This document shows, piece after piece, positions 17,190-25,476 of a stretch of DNA of 64,000 bases. The stretch is from contig DASQGK010000098.1 of the NCBI GenBank assembly GCA_035632655.1, forward strand, positions 7,810 through 71,809, written 5' to 3'. Source of the stretch: Steroidobacteraceae bacterium (GTDB lineage Bacteria > Pseudomonadota > Gammaproteobacteria > Steroidobacterales > Steroidobacteraceae). Within the stretch, counting starts at the first letter, position 1; every line of letters starts with the position of its first letter. The translations under genes and the position numbers were made by a program. The notes under the pieces were generated by a model. That model did no database searches. It was given only the letters and a program-made list of their open reading frames with translations, and was not told the origin of the DNA.

Positions 17190-17212
17190 ATTGTATGGCA
17201 TTTAAAGACAAT
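17190..17212. promoter_or_regulatory. dyad ATTGT-N13-ACAAT in an AT-rich patch immediately upstream of the LysR gene (candidate LysR box)
   Basis: Read directly in attgtatggcatttaaagacaat. This is the only AT-rich stretch in this intergenic region. Confidence 0.3.
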
Positions 17213-17313
17213 GAATTAGGCATTAGCTTGTTTTTACAGACGGTCAGCCGGCTTACAGTGCCTCCCGCGCCGCAACGGAAGCCAACACCGGCTGCGGCAC
17301 GGAGGCTCGCACT

Positions 17314-17400
17314 ATGTTCATCTTCCAGCGCTCGCTCCTGCCGGTCCTCGCCGCCCTCGGTGTTGCCTTCCTGCTCGTATGGGCGGCCGCGTTCCTCTAG
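17314..17400 (+). CDS. candidate 28-aa hydrophobic small protein MFIFQRSLLPVLAALGVAFLLVWAAAFL
   Basis: GGAGG lies 8 nt upstream of the ATG. 24 of 27 sense codons end in G/C, like the genuine genes here. One predicted TM helix. Not in the ORF track (too short). Confidence 0.3.
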   Translation: MFIFQRSLLPVLAALGVAFLLVWAAAFL

Positions 17401-17668
17401 AGCGCGCCGCTCGCACCCGCGGCTGCGCTCCCGTCGGCAGTTTGACAAGGTTCGCTTGTGCCCCAACCCGGCGTTAGGGTATCGTCCGCGCCGGATCGTG
17501 ACCTTTCCCTTTCCTGCCGCTTGCCGCCCGCCTGTTTGCGAGTCGGCTTCCGAGTCTGAAAAGCCGAATCGTTCCCGACCAGGTGGCAGCATGCGCGCAC
17601 CGACGAGTCTTTTCCGACCGTGGTCAGCATTCCTGCCGTGACTGTGTTTGTTTCAGGAGTCTGACTGC

Positions 17669-17965
17669 ATGACGAAGATCTACGTGGGCAATCTGCCCTT
17701 CTCTGCCACTGATGCCGAAGTCCGCGAGCTGTTTGCCCAGCACGGCACCGTCGAGTCGGTGAGCCTCATCACCGATCGCGACACCGGCCGGCCGCGCGGT
17801 TTCGGGTTCGTCGAGATGTCGCGCGCCGATGCCTCGCGCGCGATCCAGAATCTCAACGGCAAGGACCTCGGCGGACGCCCGCTGCGGGTCAACGAGGCCC
17901 AGGAGCGTGGTGGCGGCGGCGGCGGTGGCGGCAACCGTGGCGGCGGCGCGCCGAAGCGCTGGTAA
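17669..17965 (+). CDS. RRM-domain RNA-binding protein with Gly-rich tail
   Basis: 98 aa from ATG 17669, with AGGAG upstream. RNP2 IYVGNL, RNP1 RGFGFVEM, C-terminal GGGGGGGGNRGGG. Confidence 0.9.
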   Translation: MTKIYVGNLPFSATDAEVRELFAQHGTVESVSLITDRDTGRPRGFGFVEMSRADASRAIQNLNGKDLGGRPLRVNEAQERGGGGGGGGNRGGGAPKRW

Positions 17966-17982
17966 GCTTCCAGCTTTGCCTT

Positions 17983-18026
17983 AAGGGCCGGTCGCCAGTG
18001 CCTCGCGGCATCGGCGGCCGGCCCTT
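17983..18026 (+). other. strong hairpin AAGGGCCGGTCGCC...GGCGGCCGGCCCTT between the RRM gene and the THX gene (attenuator or processing site?)
   Basis: 14-bp stem with one mismatch, read directly. Only TTT follows, so it is not a canonical intrinsic terminator. Confidence 0.35.
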
Positions 18027-18044
18027 TGCATAGGAGCAAGTCTG

Positions 18045-18164
18045 ATGGGTAAGGGCGATCCGAGAACCCGCCGCGGCAAGATCTACCAGGGATCGTTTGG
18101 CAAGTCGCGCGCCAAGGACCCGGCGAAGAGAAAGAAGAAGGCCGCCAAGGCCGCTAAGCGCTGA
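18045..18164 (+). CDS. 30S ribosomal protein THX (bTHX)
   Basis: 39 aa: MGKGDPRTRRGKIYQGSFGKSRAKDPAKRKKKAAKAAKR. It closely matches my recollection of the Thermus Thx peptide [25 protein letters not shown]. AGGAG lies 6 nt upstream. Absent from the ORF track. Confidence 0.8.
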   Translation: MGKGDPRTRRGKIYQGSFGKSRAKDPAKRKKKAAKAAKR

Positions 18165-18179
18165 GGGTTCGCGAGAGCC

Positions 18180-19295
18180 TCAGCTCCACAATTCGACTGG
18201 CGCTGCCGGGCGCGTCTTGCGGGCCAGGCAGTCGCGGATCAGCTCGAGGGCGCTGCGGTCGTTGGGCGGCAGATCCGCCGCGCTCACCCCCAGGGGCGTC
18301 GCGCGCTCGCCCCAGCGCACCGCATGGGCGCAGAACGAGAGGCCGCCGCCGAAACCGGGCATGAGCAGCAGCGAGCCGGGCCGCACCCGGCCGGCCTCGA
18401 GCGCCTCGCACAGCGCCACCGGCACGGTGGCGGCCGACATGTTGCCGTAGCGCTGCACCGTCACGAACACCCGCTCCATCGGCACGTGCGCGCGCCTGGC
18501 GACCGCCTCGATGATGCGCAGGTTCGCCTGATGCGGCACCACCAGGTCGACGGCCTCGGGCCCGGCCTGGATGCGCTGGAGCGCCACCTCGCTCGCCATC
18601 GCCATACCCTGCACGGCGCGCTTGAAGATCTCCTGCCCCTCGAACTGCCAGCGGGTGATGCCGTAGAGCACGCCGCGGTTGGCGTAGTGTCCGCCCATGC
18701 CATGGACCCTGAGGATCTCGCGCGCCTCGCCGTAACAGCCGAGCTTCTCCGACAGCACCCCCTCTGCGCGCTCGCTCGCCTCCAGCACCACTGCGGCGGC
18801 TCCATCACCGAACAGCACCGCGACATCGCGGTCGCTCCAGTCCATGAAGGGAGAGATCAGCTCCGCGCCAATCACCAGTGCATTGCGGACCACTCCTGTG
18901 CGGATCAGCGCGGTGGCGGTCGACAGCCCATAGAGAAAGCTGGTGCAAGCGGTGTTGATGTCGTAGGCCGCCGCGCCGCGGGCGCCGATGCGCGCCTGGA
19001 TGCCTGAGGCCATGTTCGGCACCTGATCGTCGTAGCTGCAGCTGCCGAACACGATGAGCTCGACGCCCTCGCCGGCCAGGCCGGCGCAGCTCAGGGCACG
19101 CGCCGCGGCGACGTAAGCGAGCTCACCGAGCGGCACGTGCGAGATGCGCCGCTCACGGATACCGGTGCGCGTGACGATCCATTCGTCGGACGTATCGAGA
19201 ATGGTGGACAGGTCGTGATTCGTGAGCACCGCCGGAGGCAGGCATTTCCCCCAGCCGGTGATCGCCGCGTAGGTCGCTGGCGCTGAGGCGCTCAT
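18180..19295 (-). CDS. fabH: beta-ketoacyl-ACP synthase III (FabH-like)
   Basis: 371 aa from ATG 19295. Motifs: SDEWIVTRTGIRERR, active-site Cys in NTACTSFLYGL, VPHQANLRI, GNMSAATVP. Confidence 0.9.
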   Translation of the reverse strand: MSASAPATYAAITGWGKCLPPAVLTNHDLSTILDTSDEWIVTRTGIRERRISHVPLGELAYVAAARALSCAGLAGEGVELIVFGSCSYDDQVPNMASGIQARIGARGAAAYDINTACTSFLYGLSTATALIRTGVVRNALVIGAELISPFMDWSDRDVAVLFGDGAAAVVLEASERAEGVLSEKLGCYGEAREILRVHGMGGHYANRGVLYGITRWQFEGQEIFKRAVQGMAMASEVALQRIQAGPEAVDLVVPHQANLRIIEAVARRAHVPMERVFVTVQRYGNMSAATVPVALCEALEAGRVRPGSLLLMPGFGGGLSFCAHAVRWGERATPLGVSAADLPPNDRSALELIRDCLARKTRPAAPVELWS

Positions 19296-19303
19296 TGGCG
19301 CGG

Positions 19304-20344
19304 CTAGGATAGCAGGGGCGCGCCGTCCGGCGCGTAGTCGAACGAGTCGAAATAGAGGCGTTCCGTGGCTAAACCATGCCGCGGGAAACCCGCCCGCATC
19401 GCCTCGATCATCGCCGGAGGTCCCGCGGCGTAGACCTCGAAGCCGCTCAGGTCCGGGTGATCGGCCAGCACGGCCGCGTGCACCCAGCCGGTGCGGTGGT
19501 GCGCGGCCTCCGCGCGCGGCGCCTCCGAGAGCACCGCGGTGAATTTGAGTTGCGGGCGCGCTCGCTGCCACTCGAGCAGCCGCTGCGCTTCGTAAACGTC
19601 GACGAGCCGGCGGGCGCCCCAGTAGAAGTGGACCTCGCGCCGGATGCCGGTCTCGAGCATGTGCCGCAGCATCGACTTGAGAGGTGCAAAACCGGTACCG
19701 CCGGCGACCATGATGACCGGCCCCGTGCCGTCCCGATAGCTGAATTGCCCTATGGGGCCCTCGATTCGCAGCAGCGAGCCGACCGCGAGCCCGCCCCCGA
19801 ACAGCCGTTCGGTGAAGCCCCCGCCGCTCACGCGCCGCACGTGCAGCTCCAGCAGCCCTGCATCGTGGGGCGGGCAGGCGATGGAGAAGCTGCGTCGCCG
19901 CCCACCGTCCAGCAGCACATCGAGGTACTGCCCGGGGTGAAAGGACAGCTGCTCCACCGCCGGCAGGCGCAGCATGACCTCGAGAACGTCCGGGGCGAGC
20001 GGCGTGAGGCGCGCGATCCGGCACGGCAAGGTCTTGATCTCGACGTCCGTGACGCTGGCGATGAGGCGCGCCTCGACCCGCAGATTTGAGCGCGGGCGCG
20101 CCTGACAGAGGAGGATCAGTCCGGCCCGCGCTTCCTCGGCGGTGATGCCGAGCGGCAGGCCGCCCGGATAATCGATCACGCCCTCGAGGAGCCGGGCCCG
20201 GCAGGAGCTGCAGTGGCCGGACTTGCAGCTGTGCGGCAGGTTGAGTCCGGCATCCAGCGCCGCCTGCAGGATCGGCTCGGCGGCGGGCACGCTCAGGGTG
20301 CGCCCGTGCGGCTCGATCCGTACGCTGTAATCCACCTTTGACAT
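19304..20344 (-). CDS. 2Fe-2S ferredoxin-FNR fusion oxidoreductase (CDP-6-deoxy-delta-3,4-glucoseen reductase-like / Fre-like)
   Basis: 346 aa. Motifs: CKSGHCSSCRARLLEG...LLC (plant-type 2Fe-2S), RRSFSIA (FAD), GGTGFAP (NAD(P)H). Confidence 0.85.
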   Translation of the reverse strand: MSKVDYSVRIEPHGRTLSVPAAEPILQAALDAGLNLPHSCKSGHCSSCRARLLEGVIDYPGGLPLGITAEEARAGLILLCQARPRSNLRVEARLIASVTDVEIKTLPCRIARLTPLAPDVLEVMLRLPAVEQLSFHPGQYLDVLLDGGRRRSFSIACPPHDAGLLELHVRRVSGGGFTERLFGGGLAVGSLLRIEGPIGQFSYRDGTGPVIMVAGGTGFAPLKSMLRHMLETGIRREVHFYWGARRLVDVYEAQRLLEWQRARPQLKFTAVLSEAPRAEAAHHRTGWVHAAVLADHPDLSGFEVYAAGPPAMIEAMRAGFPRHGLATERLYFDSFDYAPDGAPLLS

Positions 20345-20365
20345 GTTCCCTATAGACTATCAGTC

Positions 20366-20794
20366 ATGTTCGCGAACCCCTCCGCGGACGAGATCGGGCA
20401 GCTGCTGCGCGCTGCCCACACGATCGCGGTGGTCGGGCTGTCGCCCGACCGCACCCGCCCCAGTCACGGGGTGGCGCGGGCCCTGCAGCGTTTCGGCTAT
20501 CGCATCATTCCGGTCAACCCCTACGCCGAGACCGTCCTCGGCCAGCCGGCGGTGCCCACTCTCGGGCAGCTGCCCGAGGTCCTCGGACCCGGCGAGCAGG
20601 TCGACATCGTCGACGTATTCCGTCGCCCGCAGCACGTCGCCGCAATCGTCGCCGATTGCATTCGCCTGAGGATGCCGGCGCTGTGGCTGCAGGATGGCGT
20701 GATCGACATCGCCGCAGCGGAGCGTGCGCAGGAGGCGGGCATCTTCACCGTGATGAACCGCTGTCTGTTCCGCGACCGGGCGATGCTGCGTTAG
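20366..20794 (+). CDS. CoA-binding domain protein (YccU family)
   Basis: 142 aa. Motifs IAVVGLSPDRTRPSHGVARALQRFGYRIIPVNP and VDVFRR fit the CoA_binding_2 pattern. Confidence 0.85.
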   Translation: MFANPSADEIGQLLRAAHTIAVVGLSPDRTRPSHGVARALQRFGYRIIPVNPYAETVLGQPAVPTLGQLPEVLGPGEQVDIVDVFRRPQHVAAIVADCIRLRMPALWLQDGVIDIAAAERAQEAGIFTVMNRCLFRDRAMLR

Positions 20795-20842
20795 CGGGTG
20801 ACTCTTGCCGGCCGCGCACCATCACGGCATCCTCAGCCTCCG

Positions 20843-21682
20843 ATGCGCGTCGCATTCACGAAGATGCACGGGGTGGGCAACGATTTCGTCGTATTCGATG
20901 CACCCGTGGCGCCGGCGCTGCTCGAGCCCGCGAGCCTGAGGCGCCTCGCCGACCGCCGCACCGGCATCGGCTTCGATCAGGCGCTGCTCCTCGAGTCGCC
21001 GCGGCGCGCCGACACCGCGGTCTTCTATCGGGTCTTCAACGCCGACGGCGATGAGGTCGAGCAGTGCGGCAACGGCGCGCGCTGCATCGCCGCGCTCCTG
21101 CACCGCCGCGGCCGCACGCACCAGGGCGGCGTGCGGCTCGAGAGTCCCGCCGGCGTGGTCGAGGCACGCGTAAATGGCATGACCGGTGTCTCGGTCGACA
21201 TGGGCATTCCCGATTTCGATCCCGCGGCACTGCCTTTTGCCGCTCCCGGCGCGGCCGACAGTTACCCGCTCGAGGTGGGCGGCCAAAGCCTCGAGATCGG
21301 CGTGGTCTCGCTGGGCAATCCGCACGCGGTGCTCATGGTCGCCTCGGTCGATGCGGCGCCCGTCGCCAGCCTCGGCCCCGCGATCGAGCATCACCCGCGT
21401 TTCCCGCGGCGGGTCAATGCCGGCTTCCTCGAGATCGTCGATCGCACGCATCTGAAGCTGCGCGTCTACGAGCGCGGCGCCGGTGAGACCCGCAGCTGCG
21501 GCACGGGTGCGTGCGCGGCCGCCGCGATCGCCCGCCGGCGCGGGCTGGTCGAGGCCGAAGTGCGCATCGGCGTACGCGGCGGCGAGTTGCGCGTAAACTG
21601 GGCGGGCCCGGGGGAGCACATCTGGCTGAGCGGTCCGGCACAGGTTTCATTCGAAGGGCAAGTCGAGGTCAGTAATCCATGA
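20843..21682 (+). CDS. dapF: diaminopimelate epimerase
   Basis: 279 aa from ATG 20843. Motifs: FTKMHGVGNDFVVFD, and catalytic Cys motifs CGNGARC and SCGTGACA. Confidence 0.95.
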   Translation: MRVAFTKMHGVGNDFVVFDAPVAPALLEPASLRRLADRRTGIGFDQALLLESPRRADTAVFYRVFNADGDEVEQCGNGARCIAALLHRRGRTHQGGVRLESPAGVVEARVNGMTGVSVDMGIPDFDPAALPFAAPGAADSYPLEVGGQSLEIGVVSLGNPHAVLMVASVDAAPVASLGPAIEHHPRFPRRVNAGFLEIVDRTHLKLRVYERGAGETRSCGTGACAAAAIARRRGLVEAEVRIGVRGGELRVNWAGPGEHIWLSGPAQVSFEGQVEVSNP

Positions 21683-22374
21683 CAACAAGAGAAGCTCGCG
21701 GTCTGTCGGCAGTCGAGTCCGAAGAGGAGACCATCGCCGCCTACCTGCAGCGCAACCCCGAATTCTTCGAGCGCCATCAGGCGGTGCTGGCGCGCCTGAA
21801 GCTGCCGCACGCGCGCGGCGGCGCGGCGATCTCCCTGGTCGAGCGGCAGATCGAGGTGCTGCGCGAGAAGCTCGCGGGCCTCGAAGGCAAGCTCGCCGAG
21901 CTGCTGCGCACCGCACGCGCCAACGACGCCATCGCCGATCGGCTGCATCGGTTCACGCGGCGGCTGCTGCGCGCGGTTCCCCGCTCGGAAGCCATCGCGC
22001 GCATCGAGGCAGGCCTGCGCGAGGACTTCGACGCTTTCCACGCGGTACTGGTGCTGGTCGGCACGCACCCTGAGCTCTCGCCGCAGCGCTTCGTGCGCGC
22101 CGTGTCGGCCGACGACCCCAATCTCAAGTCCTTCGAAACGCTGTTCGCGAGCGGCAAACCGCGTTGCGGCCAGGCGCGCGATTCGCAGCGCGAGTTCCTG
22201 TTCGGGCCCGAGGGGCCCGAGATGGGCTCGGTCGCCCTGGTGCCGCTCGGGGAGAAGGGCTCGATCGGCCTGCTCGCTCTCGGCAGCCCCGACCGCGATC
22301 GCTTTCACCCCGGCATGAGCACCGAATTCCTCGCGCGCATGGCGGATCTCATCGCGGACGCGCTGAGCGTGTGA
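21679..22374 (+). CDS. DUF484 family protein (YigA-like)
   Basis: 231 aa. ATGA overlap with dapF. AYLQRNPEFFERH...ISLVERQIEVLREK is typical, and the dapF-DUF484-xerC synteny fits. Confidence 0.85.
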   Translation: MTTREARGLSAVESEEETIAAYLQRNPEFFERHQAVLARLKLPHARGGAAISLVERQIEVLREKLAGLEGKLAELLRTARANDAIADRLHRFTRRLLRAVPRSEAIARIEAGLREDFDAFHAVLVLVGTHPELSPQRFVRAVSADDPNLKSFETLFASGKPRCGQARDSQREFLFGPEGPEMGSVALVPLGEKGSIGLLALGSPDRDRFHPGMSTEFLARMADLIADALSV

Positions 22375-23300
22375 GTCCGGCGGCTCTCGAGTGGCTCGCC
22401 CGCTTCCGCCGCTACCTCCAGTCCGAGCGCCGGCTGTCGGCGCACACTGACGTAAGCTACACCCGCGACCTCAAGGCGCTGGTCGGATTCTGCGACGCTG
22501 CCCGGCTCAAGGACTGGAGCGCGCTCGACAGCGCGCACATTCGCAGCTTCGCCGCCCATTCGCATGCCGGGGGGCTCTCCCCGCGCAGCATCCAGCGGCG
22601 GCTGTCGGCGGTGCGCAGCTTCTACGAGTTCCTGCTGCGCGAAGCCCCCGCGCAATCGCTGCGCGGCGGCAAGCGCGTCAGGCTGAACCCCGCCCTCGAG
22701 GTGCGGGCGCCCAAGGCCCCCCGGCGGCTGCCGCAGACGCTGGATGCCGATCAGATGGCGCGCCTGCTGGAAATTCCGCCCGGCGGTGGCCTCACGGCGC
22801 GTGACCGCGCGCTGATGGAGCTCCTGTACTCCTCGGGCCTGCGGCTCGCCGAGCTCGTCGGCCTCAACCTGAGCGACCTCGATCTCAGGGACCGCACCGT
22901 GCAGGTGCTCGGCAAGGGCCGCAAGTCGCGCATCGTGCCGGTGGGGCGACTCGCGCTGGCGGCGCTGCGCGCCTGGCTCAGGGAGCGCGCCGCGCTGGCA
23001 CCTGCGGCTGAGACGGCGCTGTTCGTGGGGCGCGGCGGGCGGCGGCTCGGTCCGCGGGCGATCCAGCAGCGCGTCGATTACTGGGCGAAGCGCCAGGGGC
23101 TGGGTCTGCACGTGCACCCGCACCTTTTCCGCCATTCCTTCGCCTCGCACCTGCTGGAATCGGGCGGGGAGCTGCGCGGCGTGCAGGAGCTGCTGGGCCA
23201 TGCGGATATCTCGACGACCCAGATCTATACCCACCTTGATTTCCAGCACCTCGCCCGTATCTACGACGCTGCACACCCGCGGGCGCGCCGCAAGGCGTGA
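22371..23300 (+). CDS. xerC: tyrosine recombinase XerC
   Basis: 309 aa from GTG 22371 (GTGA overlap). Motifs: [44 protein letters not shown]. Confidence 0.9.
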   Translation: MSPAALEWLARFRRYLQSERRLSAHTDVSYTRDLKALVGFCDAARLKDWSALDSAHIRSFAAHSHAGGLSPRSIQRRLSAVRSFYEFLLREAPAQSLRGGKRVRLNPALEVRAPKAPRRLPQTLDADQMARLLEIPPGGGLTARDRALMELLYSSGLRLAELVGLNLSDLDLRDRTVQVLGKGRKSRIVPVGRLALAALRAWLRERAALAPAAETALFVGRGGRRLGPRAIQQRVDYWAKRQGLGLHVHPHLFRHSFASHLLESGGELRGVQELLGHADISTTQIYTHLDFQHLARIYDAAHPRARRKA

Positions 23301-23331
23301 AGGCGCCCCGGGGTCTTCCCCCGAGGAGCCC

Positions 23332-23901
23332 ATGAGCGATCCCAACCTCTTTAATCCCCACGGCACCACCATCCTCGGCGTTCGCCGGAACGGCGCCGTC
23401 GCGCTCGGCGGCGACGGCCAGGTGACTCTCGGCAGCACCGTCATGAAGGGCAATGCCCGCAAGGTGCGGCGGCTCTTCGGCGACAAGGTGCTGGCCGGTT
23501 TCGCCGGCGGTACGGCCGATGCCTTCACTCTGTTCGAGCGCTTCGAGGGCAAGCTGGAGAAATACGGCAACCTGACGCGCGCGGCCATCGAGCTCGCCAA
23601 GGACTGGCGTTCGGACCGCTACCTGCGCCGTCTCGAGGCGTTGCTGCTGGTCGGCGACGCCGACAAGCTGTTCGTGATCTCCGGCAACGGCGACGTGATC
23701 GAGCCGGACCACGACGTAGCCGCCATCGGCTCGGGCGGCCAGTACGCACTCGCCGCGGCGCGGGCGCTGCTCGGTGGCTCGGACTTGAGCGCGCGCGAGA
23801 TCGTCGAGCGTTCCCTCAACATAGCCGCCGACATCTGCATCTACACCAATCGCAATATCGCCATCGAGGAACTCGGCGGCAGGAGCGGGGGGTCGAAGTA
23901 G
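23332..23901 (+). CDS. hslV: ATP-dependent protease subunit HslV
   Basis: 189 aa. N-terminal [12 protein letters not shown] (catalytic Thr) and [11 protein letters not shown]. Confidence 0.95.
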   Translation: MSDPNLFNPHGTTILGVRRNGAVALGGDGQVTLGSTVMKGNARKVRRLFGDKVLAGFAGGTADAFTLFERFEGKLEKYGNLTRAAIELAKDWRSDRYLRRLEALLLVGDADKLFVISGNGDVIEPDHDVAAIGSGGQYALAAARALLGGSDLSAREIVERSLNIAADICIYTNRNIAIEELGGRSGGSK

Positions 23902-23902
23902 C

Positions 23903-25258
23903 ATGTCCTCGGAGCTCACGCCCCGGCAGATCGTTCAGGAGCTGGACAAGCACATCGTCGGCCAGCAGGCGGCCAAGCGCGCCGTCGCCATTGCGCTGCG
24001 CAACCGCTGGCGCCGTATGCAGGTGAAAGAGCCGCTGCGCCAGGAGATCACGCCCAAGAACATCCTCATGATCGGCCCCACCGGCGTAGGCAAGACCGAG
24101 ATCGCGCGCCGTCTCGCCAAGCTCGCCAACGCTCCATTCGTCAAGGTCGAGGCGACCAAGTTCACCGAGGTCGGTTACGTCGGGCGCGACGTCGACTCGA
24201 TCGTCAAGGAGCTCGCGGACGTCGCGGTCAAGATCACGCGCGAGCAGGAAATGGCCAAGGTGCGTGAGCGGGCCCTCGATGCCGCCGAGGAGCGCGTACT
24301 CGACACCCTGCTGCCCAAGCCGCGCATGATGGGATTCTCGACCGATGAGCCCGCGCCCGCGCGCGACTCCGAGACGCGCCAGAAATTCCGCAAGATGCTG
24401 CGTGAGCACGAGCTCGACGAGCGCGAGGTCGAGATCGAGCTGCGTGCGCTTCCGGTCGGCGTCGAGATCATGGCCCCGCCGGGAATGGAGGAGATGCAGC
24501 AGCAGCTGCAGTCGATGTTCCAGAACCTGGGCGGCAACCGCACCCGCACCCGCAAGGTGAAGGTGAGCGAGGCGCTCAAGCTCCTGACCGACGAGGAGGC
24601 CGGCAAGCTCATCAACGAGGATGAGCTCAAGGTCCGCGCCCTCGCCAACGCCGAGCAGAACGGCATCGTATTCATCGACGAGATCGACAAGGTGACGCGT
24701 CGCCAGGAGACACTCGGTGCCGACGTCTCGCGCGAGGGTGTGCAGCGCGATCTGCTGCCGCTGGTCGAGGGCTCCACCGTCGCGACCAAGTATGGTCCGG
24801 TGAAGACCGACCACGTGCTGTTCATCGCCTCGGGCGCCTTCAGTCTCGCCAAACCCTCCGACCTGATCCCGGAGCTCCAGGGGCGCCTGCCCATCCGCGT
24901 CGAGCTCGACTCCCTCAAGGTCGGCGACTTCGTGCGTATCCTCACCGAGCCCGATGCCTCGCTCACGGCGCAGTATCAGGCGCTCATGGCGACCGAGGGT
25001 GTCACGGTGGAGTTCGCGGCGAGCGGCGTGCAGCGCATCGCCGAGATCGCCTTCGAGGTGAATGAGCGCACCGAGAACATCGGCGCGCGCCGCCTGCACA
25101 CCGTCATGGAGCGCCTGCTCGAGACTGTTTCGTACGAGGCCGTCTCCGGGGACGCTTCTTACGACGGCAAGGGGCAGGTCACCGTAGACGCCGGATACGT
25201 CGACGATCACTTAGGGAAGCTCGTCAAGGACGAGGACCTGACCCGCTACATCCTCTGA
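23903..25258 (+). CDS. hslU: ATP-dependent protease ATPase subunit HslU
   Basis: 451 aa. Motifs: [16 protein letters not shown], Walker [25 protein letters not shown]. Confidence 0.97.
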   Translation: MSSELTPRQIVQELDKHIVGQQAAKRAVAIALRNRWRRMQVKEPLRQEITPKNILMIGPTGVGKTEIARRLAKLANAPFVKVEATKFTEVGYVGRDVDSIVKELADVAVKITREQEMAKVRERALDAAEERVLDTLLPKPRMMGFSTDEPAPARDSETRQKFRKMLREHELDEREVEIELRALPVGVEIMAPPGMEEMQQQLQSMFQNLGGNRTRTRKVKVSEALKLLTDEEAGKLINEDELKVRALANAEQNGIVFIDEIDKVTRRQETLGADVSREGVQRDLLPLVEGSTVATKYGPVKTDHVLFIASGAFSLAKPSDLIPELQGRLPIRVELDSLKVGDFVRILTEPDASLTAQYQALMATEGVTVEFAASGVQRIAEIAFEVNERTENIGARRLHTVMERLLETVSYEAVSGDASYDGKGQVTVDAGYVDDHLGKLVKDEDLTRYIL

Positions 25259-25476
25259 CTCTCCCGCCCGCCCCGCCGCGAGGGTGGCGGCGCGCTGTCC
25301 TCCTGTCGCCCGGATACAAGCCCGGCGCCGCGCGCGTTACGTACTGTTGCGGACTGTCAGAATAAACTCACGGCCTTGTATCATTACGTTAAGCTGCCGA
25401 CCGTCGGGCGGTATCGAGAAAAGCAATGAGGCGCGCGCCACGGGCCCGCGCCCCTATTTTTCAGGAGGAAGTCATC

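Noticed and set aside
17905-17950. The GGC/GGT run encoding GGGGGGGGNRGGG, as a possible unstable repeat or artefact.
   Set aside because: Glycine-rich tails are a normal feature of bacterial RRM proteins, and the run stays in frame with a proper stop.
22371-23300. The tyrosine recombinase as a possible integrase of a mobile element.
   Set aside because: It sits in the conserved dapF-DUF484-xerC housekeeping arrangement. It has no flanking phage or transposon genes, att-like repeats or compositional shift. I call it XerC.
25259-25476. A possible riboswitch (for example cobalamin or TPP) in the 218-nt leader of the TonB-dependent receptor gene.
   Set aside because: I could not find a B12 box or a TPP-type CUGAGA core by eye. 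Only a short hairpin after hslU and AT-rich promoter-like sequence are present. An Rfam scan would be needed for certainty.
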